From: a virus | Lineage: Duplodnaviria; Caudoviricetes | Strand: one strand, 5' to 3' | Virus record (IMG/VR): IMGVR_UViG_3300014208_000027 | Coordinates: 96,001-160,000 of that record | Length of the DNA: 64,000 nt | In this document: positions 1 through 12,900 of the stretch, one piece after another | Numbering within the stretch: position 1 is the first letter of the stretch | How the letters are laid out: the number at the start of each line of letters is the position of its first letter | Position numbers and translations under genes: made by a program | Notes under the pieces: model-generated | Database searches by the model: none | Seen by the model: only the letters and a program-made list of their open reading frames with translations | Told to the model about the DNA's origin: nothing

Positions 1-1047
1 ATTGCATATTGGCAAAACCAAGGTGGTGATTTTTATCACGGAAATTATATCCCTAATTCAACTTTTCCATCTTATACTTCAAGCATTCAAACTTTGGGTA
101 CGGAAGATTTAGAACTTCAATGTACAAGTTTAGTTGAGGAATACCTAACAAATAATAAACCTGACTATGGGATGGCTCTTTATTTGCACCCGACAAATGA
201 AAATGCCATTAGTTCAAGCTACTATGTAAAAAAATATTTTTCTCGTTCCTCTGAATTTAGATTACAACTTCCAGTTTTAGAGGCGCAATTTGATGATTCA
301 AAATTTGACCATCGTGGAAATTTCTTTGCATCGTCAAGTCTTTGTGATGTTGAGAACCTTAACACGATTTTTTTAACCAATCGTATCCGTGGCAGTCTTA
401 AAACTATCCCAGGTACCGCTAGTGGCATTTATGTACGAGTATATGATGATGCCTCTTCAGGTTCTTTACTCACTCCTACAGTCATTACAGGTGGCTTAGT
501 TTCGACAGGAGTGTACAGCGCATCATTTGCTTTAGCTACTACAAGTTCAGTAGTATATGATAGATGGTTAGATTCTACTCTTACTCAATGTTATTTTACA
601 GGTGCTATTAATATTTCCAATTTTTCTTCTCAAGGTGATTCACAAGAGGAACAGTTTATTATTTCTATGCCAGGGCTAAAATCTTCCTATACTCCAACCG
701 AGACAGCGCGTTTCAAAGTGTTTTGTAGAAATAAATCATGGTCTCCTAATTTGTATGCTGTAGCCGTACAAGATCAGTCATTTGAACTAAGTGGAGATTT
801 ATATTATCAAGTTCGTAGAGTAGTAGATAAATTTATTGTTACAGACTTTCTTACAGGGTCTAATAGTATTCCTCCTGCTACACGTTTGTCACGCGATATA
901 AGCGGTTCATATTTTAATTATGATATGGCTAACTTGATGCCAGATTTTGCATATGAAATAAATTTTCTTCACAAGAGACCAGATGGCATAAATTATGAAG
1001 AATTACCTTATAGTTTTAAATTTATGGTAGAAAGGGAGACTATTTAA
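1..1047 (+). CDS. Virion structural protein, 5'-truncated by the window edge
   Basis: Frame 1 is open from base 1 (IAYWQNQGGDF...) through the track ORF at 94. Ser/Thr/Gly-rich, like the other structural genes. Confidence 0.65.
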   Translation: MAYWQNQGGDFYHGNYIPNSTFPSYTSSIQTLGTEDLELQCTSLVEEYLTNNKPDYGMALYLHPTNENAISSSYYVKKYFSRSSEFRLQLPVLEAQFDDSKFDHRGNFFASSSLCDVENLNTIFLTNRIRGSLKTIPGTASGIYVRVYDDASSGSLLTPTVITGGLVSTGVYSASFALATTSSVVYDRWLDSTLTQCYFTGAINISNFSSQGDSQEEQFIISMPGLKSSYTPTETARFKVFCRNKSWSPNLYAVAVQDQSFELSGDLYYQVRRVVDKFIVTDFLTGSNSIPPATRLSRDISGSYFNYDMANLMPDFAYEINFLHKRPDGINYEELPYSFKFMVERETI

Positions 1048-1051
1048 GATC

Positions 1052-1348
1052 ATGGGATTTAATTTTAGAAAAATATTAAGAGAAAACCTTGATGCGATTA
1101 AATATCCTGGAGACGACATAGAAGATGAAGAAGCTATAAACTACGCTCTAAAATATGGAAGGAGGGAGAGCGTGGGAATAGATAATGCAACAAAACCAAG
1201 TTACTCGTTAGAAATTGATAAGCTCCCAGAAGATATCTCTAGAAAACTTAAACTTTTGTACGATAATGATACTAAAATAGAAATTGATGATCATCTCTAC
1301 ACTGTAGACAAAATTCTTGGTAGTTATAAAATAAAACGCTGGCGGTAG
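1052..1348 (+). CDS. Small hypothetical protein with N-terminal FxKILxE motif (candidate internal head protein)
   Basis: MGFNFRKILRENL is nearly identical to the N-terminus of 55460 (MFNFKKILRENI). CTATTTA lies 5 nt before the ATG. Confidence 0.6.
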   Translation: MGFNFRKILRENLDAIKYPGDDIEDEEAINYALKYGRRESVGIDNATKPSYSLEIDKLPEDISRKLKLLYDNDTKIEIDDHLYTVDKILGSYKIKRWR

Positions 1349-1361
1349 AAAAAGAAACTAT

Positions 1362-1532
1362 CTAGAGTAGTTTGAGTTGGTGTTCGTAGGCTTCTCCTAT
1401 AACGTCTGAATCGAGCCATTTTACTTTCCATAGCCCACGGAGATTATAATCTCTTGCCGGGCTTAGTAAAAGTGCAATATATTTTAAGTTGTTGTTCCAA
1501 ACTACTAAATCACCTATTTCAAATTTTGTCAT
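1362..1532 (-). CDS. Small SH3/KOW-like protein (56 aa, below the track cutoff)
   Basis: Manual translation MTKFEIGDLVVWNNNLKYIALLL...WKVKWLDSD...; paralog of 25287..25454. Confidence 0.65.
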   Translation of the reverse strand: MTKFEIGDLVVWNNNLKYIALLLSPARDYNLRGLWKVKWLDSDVIGEAYEHQLKLL

Positions 1533-1722
1533 AGTTTTGTTCTATAGAATGAGGTGAAAAAAATAATTTATTGCCAGTGGCTAACTCTACGAAGTGAACT
1601 ACTTCCATGGCTTCTAGATAAGCACCTTCCATGTAAGACACATCAATTGGTTTGCTGATGATTAAAATACATTGTTTTGGTCCACTTTTACTCCGCAAAA
1701 TCATTCCAGGCTCAAGAATCAT
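1519..1722 (-). CDS. Small SH3/KOW-like protein, probably leaderless
   Basis: MILEPGMILRSK...; the ATG at 1722 lies 6 nt after the -10 box. Confidence 0.65.
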   Translation of the reverse strand: MILEPGMILRSKSGPKQCILIISKPIDVSYMEGAYLEAMEVVHFVELATGNKLFFSPHSIEQNYDKI

Positions 1723-1728
1723 ATTCAA

Positions 1729-1756
1729 ATCCTAGCACAGCTTTAAATTTTGTCAA
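1729..1756 (-). promoter_or_regulatory. Sigma70-type promoter
   Basis: TTGACA-16-(TGc)TAGGAT-6-ATG. Confidence 0.7.
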
Positions 1757-1897
1757 GATGTTCTTCCCCGTATGTTGCACGATAAAGGGAATCAAAAAAT
1801 AAAACTTGGTATGGGAGCGTAAAAATTTTATTATCAAAAATGTTTATTATGACACCTATGCTGCCATGGTAAGAGGAGAGTTCAAGATTTAACTTAA

Positions 1898-2443
1898 CTA
1901 AGTCTCCGATAGCAAGCATCTTCCAGTCCCATCACAAAAATCGCATTTCCGAGTATCACGGTAGTTACCATTTTCGTTAGAAAAGTCTTCTTCAAAATAA
2001 CCTCTACCATCGCAGTCAGGACAAAATAATAGAGAATTTTCTACTTTGTTGCACGTATGAATTCTTTCATCGATTGGGTGTGGGACTTCTTCTGTTCCAA
2101 TTTCTGCTTCTATATTGCAAGCTTCACAAGAACCATGATATCCTTGATGACATTCATTTCTTTTTAATCTAATTATTTCTTTCAATAATCCGTCTTTATT
2201 CCAATAGTTGTGGTCGATTGGGTCAAGAATTTGTCGTAATTCTGCACATATATCAGTCCAGCCTTCGCTCCGACCTGAATTAAAAACTGGCCCGTCTGTT
2301 CCACAATATTCTTTTAAGGATTGCTCGACTTTTACAACAGCATCCATTCTTCTGTTCGATGTATAAATTGCGTCTGTTTTTCCATTACAAGCTTCAACGT
2401 AATTGTTGATTGCGTTCCACAGATTAATTTTTAACGAATTCAT
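1898..2443 (-). CDS. Hypothetical protein with a DnaJ-type CxxCxGxG zinc finger
   Basis: CPDCDGRG and CDFCDGTG at the C-terminus. Confidence 0.65.
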   Translation of the reverse strand: MNSLKINLWNAINNYVEACNGKTDAIYTSNRRMDAVVKVEQSLKEYCGTDGPVFNSGRSEGWTDICAELRQILDPIDHNYWNKDGLLKEIIRLKRNECHQGYHGSCEACNIEAEIGTEEVPHPIDERIHTCNKVENSLLFCPDCDGRGYFEEDFSNENGNYRDTRKCDFCDGTGRCLLSET

Positions 2444-2886
2444 TTTATGTTCCTTGTATTATATGATACAGTTTCAGTATCCCAAGGGACACTATCTAAG
2501 TCATCTTCCTGATTAAAATAATCTTTTTCATCCCACGGGCAAACGTTCTTTTGTATTGCTTTCCATTCTTTTTTTGATGGAACTCTAAACTTTCCGACCG
2601 GATGAGTGCTTCCATCTTGAGGGCACTCATATCCACCTGGTGTCCAAAGATATTTTCCCTCCCAGACGGAAATTCCTATTGGTGCATCATCTAGACCAAG
2701 ATCGGAAAGAGATCTAACTCCAGTTTCTTGCATTTCATGTTTTAGTGAAAACCCAACAGTAAATAATACAATTCCATCATATCCATCGCTAGCTAAAACA
2801 GCTTTGGAATTTTCTTCATAAGTTCTCGCTGAGTAATTTTCATAGAGTCTCTTACTTAAAGAAGTACCCGTTGGTTTAATTATCAT
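2440..2886 (-). CDS. Hypothetical protein, probably leaderless
   Basis: 148-aa ORF; ATG 6 nt after TATAAT; overlaps the downstream start. Confidence 0.65.
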   Translation of the reverse strand: MIIKPTGTSLSKRLYENYSARTYEENSKAVLASDGYDGIVLFTVGFSLKHEMQETGVRSLSDLGLDDAPIGISVWEGKYLWTPGGYECPQDGSTHPVGKFRVPSKKEWKAIQKNVCPWDEKDYFNQEDDLDSVPWDTETVSYNTRNIK

Positions 2887-2892
2887 ATTATT

Positions 2893-2920
2893 ATTATAAT
2901 GGGTAGAATAGAAAAGTCAA
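2893..2920 (-). promoter_or_regulatory. Sigma70-type promoter
   Basis: TTGACT-16-TATAAT-6-ATG. Confidence 0.75.
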
Positions 2921-2923
2921 GTC

Positions 2924-3859
2924 CTACTTAAAATAATTTTTGATATATTCGACTAACTGTTTAATATCTTTGAGTTTTAAATATTTTATTGCGTTTCCAA
3001 TAAATTCAATGGAATTTCTATCAATAGATTTTGACTTAGAATTGTGGACCCAAGAAGAAAGAAGCGCCGCCCCGTCCATCCCAGATAGAGAACGAAGTAT
3101 TTTTTTTTGTTCATCTGACAGATCGGAATAAGACATATTATTTTTAATTGAATTTAATAGTTTTACAACCACTTCAAGAGCGCTGTTTGGTTTTTTAGGA
3201 AATCTTTTTTTGTAATCTTCTTGATCTTGGTCGATTGGCTTCACGCTATCTTTAACTTCCTTTGCAAATTGTTCAAAAGAAATTCCTTTACTCGCGATTG
3301 TTCTAAATGATTTTTCTGTGGTGTGGATAGAAATAGGGATATTTCTCTTTGTTAGTTCATCATTGATAAAACTTAATTCATTTATTGCTTCTTGACGAAC
3401 ACCAAAAGAGGTATTTGGGTTAAACGCGATTCTTACGCCTAAAATATATTTTGTTGCTTCTGGGATCCATGCTTTGTCTGTGAAGATTCTATCTTCTGTT
3501 TCAGCCATTTTTGGATTTTCTTTTCTGTATTCTGGCCCCCAATAATCAACCGGAGACCCTTTGTACTTTGTTCCTAGTTTTTGTCCATCTAAAATTAGTA
3601 AAACTTGTTCAACATCAACGCCAGACCCATAGTATCCTTGAGGCGTTCTCATGGTAGAGAAATAATAGAATCTACTTTTATTGATTTTATTGTCTGAAGA
3701 GGTTCCATAAGCTACAGAAGTCATAAATTTATCTGATTTTAAGATACTGGAAAGTGAGTCTAAATTTGTAAAATGATATACAATTTTTGAGATACCTTCT
3801 TGTAAAAGGTTTCTTTCTTCCAAAAACTCTTTTAGGACTTGCTTAAAAAGAAACGTCAT
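2924..3859 (-). CDS. Putative ADP-ribosyltransferase-fold protein with an acidic N-terminal propeptide-like segment
   Basis: VYHFT...IL, YFSTMR, LILDGxKL and ETEDRI follow the H/R-S-E strand order of ART folds. N-terminus FKQVLKEFLEE...LLQE. Confidence 0.5.
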   Translation of the reverse strand: MTFLFKQVLKEFLEERNLLQEGISKIVYHFTNLDSLSSILKSDKFMTSVAYGTSSDNKINKSRFYYFSTMRTPQGYYGSGVDVEQVLLILDGQKLGTKYKGSPVDYWGPEYRKENPKMAETEDRIFTDKAWIPEATKYILGVRIAFNPNTSFGVRQEAINELSFINDELTKRNIPISIHTTEKSFRTIASKGISFEQFAKEVKDSVKPIDQDQEDYKKRFPKKPNSALEVVVKLLNSIKNNMSYSDLSDEQKKILRSLSGMDGAALLSSWVHNSKSKSIDRNSIEFIGNAIKYLKLKDIKQLVEYIKNYFK

Positions 3860-3864
3860 GTTGT

Positions 3865-3887
3865 TAAATAGGGTGTTATTCTAATTA
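3865..3887. promoter_or_regulatory. Divergent pair of candidate late-promoter motifs
   Basis: CTATTTA on - (3865-3871, 5 nt before ATG 3859) and CTAATTA on + (3881-3887, upstream of the giant gene). Confidence 0.5.
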
Positions 3888-3922
3888 CTACAACAATACT
3901 CCCTTATCAGAGGAATTAAACA

Positions 3923-6900
3923 TTGTCTATTAAAGAACTTTTCAATAAAAATAAATTACTAGCTCAAACTTCTATGGATGCGCTTACCTCTTCAGTTGAG
4001 TCAGCAGGCTACGTAACAGAATTTTTAGTTGACCGTGATAGAATCATTCCACAAGTAGATTTTAGTGATCCTTCTCAATTTTGCAAATTTGGCTCAGCAA
4101 AGAAATATTACGTTGATTCTATTCAGAACATTTATCAAAATTTCCCATTTGACGGTTCTGGCAAGGAAAAGTTAGAGTTTTATAATTCTTCTAGTGGCGT
4201 AGATCTCCATGTCCTAAACCAATGGTATCCAAAATTTACAGGTTATGCAAAATTTTCACCTAATGGTTATGGTTCTGTTTTAACTCAAAGTGATGGGTTT
4301 TCTAATCCTGCAACAAAAGAATATATTTTAGTACATGGTGGTCCTAATACAGGTTCGTTAGGTGGTTATCTTGGTGGTAACGTATACGACACTGGGTCCT
4401 TACGTGTTTCTAATTTACGATTTGGTGGTGACTATGGCAATACTGTAGAGTTCTGGTTAAAGAAAGGTGCTCCTGTTCTTGCTAGTTCTGCGAAGGAAGT
4501 TATTTTTGATGCCTGGAATAATGTGTCAGCTTCTCATGCAGCAGGAAGCACTTATGGTAGACTTTTAATTTATGTTGATGGCCAGGCTACCCTTGGAACA
4601 TCTTGTTTTAAAGTTTCATATGTTTCAGGTTCAGTTAGTGTTTGTACAGATTATTCTTTAGGTACAGTAGCCTTAACTGCAAGTTCAGTTTTAAATGATA
4701 CATGGAATCACTACGCTTTTTCTTTTAAGAATGCTGGTTCTGATCTTGCCGCGAAGGTTTATTTTAATGGTGCCTTGGATAGTTCTGTTATCATCTCGAA
4801 CGGCGCTATAAATGAGGTTCAAGGTGTCCTACACGGCTGCCTAGGCTCGATACTTACTTCTTCAGGTATGGATCATGTTCCACCTCAAGACCTAGGCTGG
4901 GGCAAGTTAAGTGGCTCTATTGATGAGTTTAGATTTTGGAAGAAAGAACGTACTCTTGGTGATATTGGTCGGTATTGGTTTACTCAAGTTAATGGTGGAG
5001 CAAACTCTAAAGATGGCAATACTAGTCTAGGTGTTTATTATAAGTTTAACGAAGGCATCAACTCTGTTACGGATAATAAAGTTTTAGATTATTCTGGTAG
5101 ACTTTCTCATGGCGCTTTTGTTGGGTACACTTCAGCTAATCGTTCATTAGATTCTGCAATTGATACTTATTTTTCTTCTTCCTCAGCAATTACTGAGGCA
5201 AAAGATCCGGTAGTTTATTCTTTCCACCCTGATGTAGTCTCCTTAGAATCTGAGAAGGCTCTTACAGGTAGTTTACATGATTTAGGTAACAGCACTAGTC
5301 TTTATTATTCTATGCCCTCTTGGATGATTGAAGAGGATGAAGAAAAAGAAAGATTTAATTTGTTAAATTTGACTCAAATTATGGGTCAGTATTTTGATAC
5401 GTTGTATATGCAAATTAGTGCTTCTGTTGGTATTCGAGACATCAATTATGATGGGTTGAGTGGTAGTAATAAGCCTTATCCGTTTGTTAATAAGATGTTA
5501 CAATCTAGAGGTTTTGATACTCCAGAGATTTTTTCTAATGTATCAACTTTAGAAAGTCTTGCTAATAGAAGTGATAAACTAGAATTTGAAGTGAAGTTAA
5601 ATGATACTAAAAATGTAATTTATCAGAACATTTATAATAATCTTTCTTACATCTATAAATCTAAAGGGACTCTTAATTCTATAAGAAACCTTATTAGATG
5701 TTTTGGTGTTGATGATGAGTTAGTACGATTTAATATCTACGCCAATAATACAACTCATCTTTTTAATGAGAACTTCAGAACTACCTCGGCAAAGAAAAAA
5801 TATGTTGATTTTAATAACGTAGACAGGTTTTACGGTACAGTTTATCAATATAGTTCTTCTAACAATGCTAATTCGTATTCTTATTTAACTTCTTCTGGTA
5901 CAAACCTTGAAGCTAGCGGATCAGCTTTAACAGCAGAAGCAAATATTATTTTTCCTAAGAAGTTTGAACAATCATCACCATTTTACTTTGAAACACCTTT
6001 CGTATCTTCTTCTCTATTTGGCGTTCACACTGTAAAGAAAAGTGCCGCTTCTTTATATGATACGTCGTGGGATAGTTCTGATACTTCTAACTTCCAAGTC
6101 TATGCGGTAAAAGAAGAAATAGACTCTAAGAATGTTTATTTTGTTCTTACAAGCTCTACAGGTGGACCATTACCTAGAATTTCTTCTGGTTTGATTACAA
6201 ATGTTTATGACAACAATCAATGGACTTTAGCTGTTAAAGTTCATCCTGAAAAATATCCCATTTTTGACGCAGTAAGTGGTTCTGGCGGAAACAACTTTAC
6301 TGTAGAGTTTTGCGGATACAATACAATTCTTGACACTGTAGTTAATTCTTTCTCCGTATCAAGTTCTTTAACTTACGCTCAAGGTGTGGCTTTCCTTGAC
6401 AATTCTAAGCGCTTTTACGTAGGAGCACATAAAAATAACTTTACAGGATCTAACCTTCAAGGAACAGATGTTAGAGTAGGAAATTTTAGAGTATGGTTAG
6501 ATAATCTCAGTAATGAGGAAATCCTTCATCACGCTTATGATAATTTAAATTATGGCGTAGATAGCCCTTATAGAAATATATCTCTACTAAAAAATTCTTA
6601 TGTTGGTAAAGAAATTCCTAAATTTGAAACTTTAGCACTTAACTGGAATTTTGAATTAGTAACCGGGTCTAATGCTTCAGGCCAATTCCAAGTTGTAGAC
6701 ATTTCTTCTGGTTCTAGTGATAATTTAAATCGTTATGGGTGGCTTAGTAATGTTACAGAAAAACAATTAGAAGGTCGTGGTGATGGATTCCTATCTAACG
6801 ACTCAAAAGTAACAAATGTAGAGTATATTTCTCGCGCTAAGTCAAGTTTGCCTGAAACTATTGGCGACGATGATATGATTCAAATTCTCGAAAGGGATGA

Positions 6901-9900
6901 TGAAACTTTCACAAGAGATACAAGACCTACACAATTCTTTTATACCGTAGAAAAGAGCATGTATCAAACCATTTCGGAAGAGATGGTAAAAATGTTTGCT
7001 TCTATTCTAGATTTTAACAATCTTGTTGGTCAACCTGTAAATCGATACCGAGCAGAATATAAAGATCTTGCCAAGTTACGACAATTATTCTTTGAGAGAG
7101 TATCAAATACGCCTGAAGTAGAAAAATATATTGATTACTTCAAATGGATTGATTCTTCTCTTATGAGAATGATTAAGCAGTTAGTACCTGCTTCAGCAGT
7201 TATGTATGATAATGTAGGCGACGTAATTGAAAGTCATATACTGGAACGAAATAAATATCAAACTAAGTTTCCAATTGTGGAATTTAAGCATGTTGATCCT
7301 ATCGAGGGAATGAAAGGAATAAATGAGTTAAAATATGATTGGAAAATTGGTCATGCACCTTTAAACGGGCTACAAAACAATAATTCTCTATACTGGAAGA
7401 AACGAGCCGTTAGAACTGATCCTGTACTATCATCATCTGTAGCTAGTGTAAATGATACTAGAGTAGGAATTTTTAACAACCTTCTTTCAACTTACGAGCG
7501 TCTAAAGACTACACCGTATGTTTTCTCCGGGGAACAAGAAAAAATAGTTGCTGGTGGTGCTAATCAAAGTAATCAAAAATCACCTACGCTACTAAAGAAT
7601 CTTGTTAATACTAAGGGAACATATGCAAGGGTAATTACAAGTTCTTTTGTTGATAATAATGATTATTCTGACCTAGGGCAAAAGAAAAAATACTCTTCTC
7701 AAATAATAAACAGTGCTACTGGAGATACATCTAAAGGAAACATTCTACCTTTCAGTATCTTTAGTTCGTCAGTAACGAGTGGTTATAATACTACTTCAAA
7801 TAACCTAAGCGTTGAAAATTTACACAATGATAGCTATCTTGATGGTGGTGAAGTTCCAATGCAAGGCCCATTTACTGAGCAACATGTAGGTGGACATCAA
7901 TATAGACATAATACTTTAAATACTGCTGGGACTGCTTCACAAGTTGACAGAGTAGAAGGATTTAAACTTTATCCTAATGCTAGTGGATATATGGATATCT
8001 ATAGTGGGGACACTTCTGGAAGTAATTTATATTCTAACCAACTACAAAAAGGTAATTATTTAAGAGATAGTGGAATTAAGAGTCCTGTCAATGTAAGAAA
8101 TATCAAAGGAGCTAACTTTGATAAAAACTACCAAGTAGTACAAACTTCTGGTAGGAAAACAAACAATAAAGCTTTTGTGGTAAGTGGTGGATTTGCTAAT
8201 CTAGTGAGTGCTTCTGCTACTGTAGCTGGAGTAATGGATTATCAATTACCCGATAGAGGTAGAAACGAAAGCGTATTCGTAGAAAGATTTAGTTGCCCTG
8301 GTGGACCCGAAACGGCTGGTGGCCCTAATGGTGGTTTTGGTTTAGATGTGAACTCTGCTGAATACTCTGTTTATAATTCATACAATTATAGAAATTTAAG
8401 AGTTAGAGACGCATTACAAACTTTATTAACAAGACATGCTGGACAGTTTGGAACAGATAGTTTATACGGAAATGTCAATTCAACTTATGAATCATCTGCA
8501 TCCTATCAAAAAACCAATAGAAATACGAGTTATGTCTTTACCTCTCAAAGTAATGGTACATATTTAACTGCTTCAAAATATGATAACTTTTTCATTAGTC
8601 ATGCTATACCCGCTAATGATAGACAGTATAGCTGGATCACTAGTTCTGCAATAACTGTGCCTTTTGGATATGCACTTAATAGTGATGATATAATTTTCAT
8701 TTCTTCAAGTGTAAGTTCATCCGCTACTGGAATAAGTGGAGTAGGAAATTTTGTAGGAGTAATGTCAAGTAGTTTAACTGCAAGTGATGGTTTAGACCTT
8801 AACTTAGTTTTAAATAATCGGGGTGCGGCTGGTAGAGGTTGGCCTTCTTGGAAGCAAATACGTTCGGGGGATACCCAACAAGCAAGAAATAATAGAGCAA
8901 AGAATATAATTGAAGTGCTTGATCCAAGTGCACCTATTACAACGGTTAAAAATGGACAAATGAACACCGTTCAAGCACTTCGATCATATAAAATAAGTTC
9001 ATACTTGGAAGCACCAATAAGTTCAAAATTTGCACCGTTAACTTATAATTTGAAAGTGAATAATGATGGATTAGTAGCACCACTAAGTTTGAAAGTAGCG
9101 TTTGGCAATCAAGTGCATAGTTTTGGCAATATTGAATTGGCTAATAAGTTGGGGATACAAGCAACTACACCTGCCTTATATAGTAGAATGTTGATGAGTT
9201 ATGCTGATGAAAATATTGGAGGTGATAATCAAGTTGATAGTTTCGAAAGTTTAAAATATAGCGAAACTGTATATCCAAGTGATATGTTTTCGTACACTGG
9301 CGATATTAGAAGTAGAAAAAATTATTCTGTAGATTATTGGACACATGCAAGAGAACATAGAAATACGGTAGCAACAAATTCACAAGGATATGTGGTATCC
9401 CAAAGTGTGTGGGGATTAGATGCAAGAAGTAATTTTACTTCTAGTATGCCGCAAACTGGGAGCGTTGGAAGCGAAGGAGAGTTACAGAATCTTTATTCAA
9501 TTTATTTTGCAACTAGCTCAATTGATCCTTGGTTAGCTGGAAATTATGTGAAATCGGTTACAAAATTTGGATATGCTTATGAAGTTGATGGTGTGCCAAC
9601 CGTTAATGCGGCAAACATCACAGATTATAATGACAGATTAGATGCTGGTCCTGCAGGCTACTGGAATTCTTATGTGGGTTATGATGGGACTAACCATTTG
9701 AGCATCTCAACTTGGGTTAATCCTATTCAATTTGTTGGGGCAAGTTTCCCAAATAGGCAACAAATAATAAGTTGGGGCACTGGTTCTATGGGACTGACCT
9801 TAGCAACTGGCTCAAGTGCAACAGATACACAAGTCTTATTCTATACTAGATGGGGCGTAGGAGCGGCTGCACCTGAAGTATATTGGGTCACTCATGGCAC

Positions 9901-12900
9901 ATCACTTTCATACAATAATTGGCATAATATTGTTGCTGTTTTCGATAAGGCGTTAATGTTAACAACTCCAGCCGTGGCAACAAAAATATATATTGATGGA
10001 GCATTGGCTTCAACTTATGGAGCACCAGCCGCCGCATATACTACACAACAAAAAATAGAAGGGGCAAATGCGTACATAGGAAATGATTGGTTATCCAGTG
10101 GTTCACACAGTTCCCCCTTAGAATCATATGTGTCTCACACTGCTATTTTTAGTGGATCACTTACAGCTACTCAAGTTAGTGAAATTTATAATAGCGGCAA
10201 ACCTTCTAGTCTATATCAGCATTCAGCAAGGAACAGTTTAATTAGCTATTGGCTTATGGGAGATGGAGTAGGAACTTTAAGTGGTAGTGGAGTATGTGGA
10301 GTTGTGCCACAATTAAATACTTTTGGTAGCGCCTCATTGATTAGTGATAGTTTAAGTAATACTGGGATTTATTTTGATATGGCTGGTTTGTCGTATCTGC
10401 GAAATACTAGCGATAGAATGAAAAATGAAGATACTTATTATAACAACGGCTCGGCAATAGATCACACTAAAGTTACACCTGGTAAACTAATTTTGAATTC
10501 TTCTTTAACTTCTCCGCTAAAAGGAATTGCTCAAGTTCGTGAGCCTAACTGGAGTGCAAACTTTAAACTTGGTTCTCTTTACGCAAGACCTGAGTATGTT
10601 TATGAGAATGTTACGCCATGGCAAAGAATAAAACTTTCTTCGAGTATTGGTTCTAACCCTTACTTTAGGGAAATTCATATAACTTCAAGTAAAACTTTAG
10701 CAGGATCGGCTGAATTTACTGCCAACCAGGGCAACAATGACCCAATGTTTAATTCATACTCTGAATATGCAAATGATTTGAGAAAGTATCAAGACTATTC
10801 TATTGTTCCAAGTTACAATTCATCGGATAGAATGGATTTCTATCTTAACAGTAAAAATTTTCTTGAGCCGGATGATGAGTTTTTGCAGCTCAAAGGTGGG
10901 ACATATTCTAGCAGTATTGAAAGTGGAATGTTTAAAACATACTCTATGGCAGAATTTTTGCAATACTTTGAAATATTGAAAAACGATCATGCACAATCAG
11001 GTGATGTTAAAACTCTGTCTTTAAAGTGTAAGGCTGCAATAAAATTATTACCTCATGATGGATTTTACCCAAACCAAAGAGTGGTACAATTAGCAGGTTT
11101 GTATTCTTCTAGTTATGGTGATTACGTAAGACCTTACAATCAAGGCGATGCATCATCAATGACGGCTTCTTTCCGTTCCTTCTTAACACCAGTGTGTATG
11201 CCTGGAATTCTAATGAATAGTTTGAAAGCATCTATTGCAACCGATCATCCTATTTGGACAGCACCTCCTAATACTTTTCAAGACTATAAATCAGGTAGAG
11301 GGAATTATTCGCCTACTGCTGATGGATGGCAAGACACGACACTTGCGCTTCTTGCTCCTTCTACATCAATTAGGAACAGGGAAATATTTGGAAGTGCTTA
11401 TAATGCGCAGACAGCTTCTTTCGTATCTTTTACCACGGGAATAGGTGGGTGCCATGTTGAACCAGCTTCTCTAAATTCATCTTCTTTTACAGTTATTGAC
11501 CCACTTGGGAATGATGACGGTATTGAATGGCAAAGTGTTTTGTTTGGGAATGTCAGCGAGAGGATTCCATTTGAAGCATTGGTAGCGCCTGAAAATTATT
11601 TAGCTAAACGTCCACTATATGACATAGAGTGTGATGCTTCTGCTAGTTTAAGGACGGATTTAACAGATCCTTCTACTAACATGGCATCATTTTGGGGAGG
11701 AGAGGGTAAACTAAATTATCGTTTAGCAATGTCGAACTTTTTGGCTTCAGTTCCAGATTTCTTTTTGAGCGAGGGAAAGCTTACTTCTTTTGTTAGTGAT
11801 CCGATTCCCTCTACTGGAGTTGTCATAACAGAAGAAGGAGCAAATTGTTATTATGGAATGGACGTTTCTCTAGCAGGTAGTCAAATTAGAAGTTTGAGTG
11901 ATTGGAATGCGAGAGTCCAACTTCCCGAATTTTCTGTGATAAGTAACTTATTCAATACCGGATTGACTGATGATGACTTAAATAACATTAAGGGTGTTCA
12001 CACGCAAACTTATACTCGTGCGAGTGCTTTTGGTCCACCTCAAGTCGCAGCACTTCCTGTTTTTACTGGCTCTGGAGATGTGTATAGATACCATTATGAT
12101 TATAGTACATTTACACCTAGTCACTTTGATGCGTTTTCTGTAGCCAGGTTATTGTTTTTCCCATATAAAGGCGCTGGAACGTATACGCTTTCTGAAATTC
12201 AAAGTCATACTACGGCAAGTTATATCAGAATGCCAGGAAGTAGAGTTGGAGTTGGAGCTTTATATAAAGTAAATCAATTACTTGAATTACAGACACTTAT
12301 TGCAAATGATAAAAATGTTCTTACTCCGGTATCTTCATCAGGGGCCCCCAGAATTTATGATTTAGCCTCACAGATTCTTACAGCTTCAGGAAATTGGTCT
12401 CAATTATCTTCTAGTATAGATTTATTTGGAGTTTCTAAGGTCAAGAATGCAAGTTTTGATAGAGGAACATCGCAAGAGTATAAAATTTCCTCTGTTTCAA
12501 ACGATAGTCCAAATCCTGACTACCAATGGGTGATTTCTAGTAAGTTTGAATCTCCAGTCTTAAACTTTAAGGATGCTAGTGTTAATCTTCCAACTTATGG
12601 AAGTTCAAGCATTTCTCGTGGTTTATGGCATCAAGCAGGGAGAGAATGTGTAGGAAATGAAGGATTGTGGATGAGTGTTTCTGATTTGCCAAGTTCTCCA
12701 TTAACAACTATTGGATGTGATGAATCTTCTGGAACTTGTTTATGGAATGGTAAAAGTGAAAATGTGATCAATATTGGAAATAAAAACGCTGAAGTAATTC
12801 TCTATGTCAATGACTATACGAAACTAACCGATTATTATTTGTATATTGATGGGACGTGGATGCCCTGCGCTAATGCTCTTGTACCCTCGCTTACACTTTA

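Noticed and set aside
1757-1897. Possible ncRNA in the intergenic gap
   Set aside because: Only a weak TTCCC/GGGAA pairing; no convincing fold or ORF.
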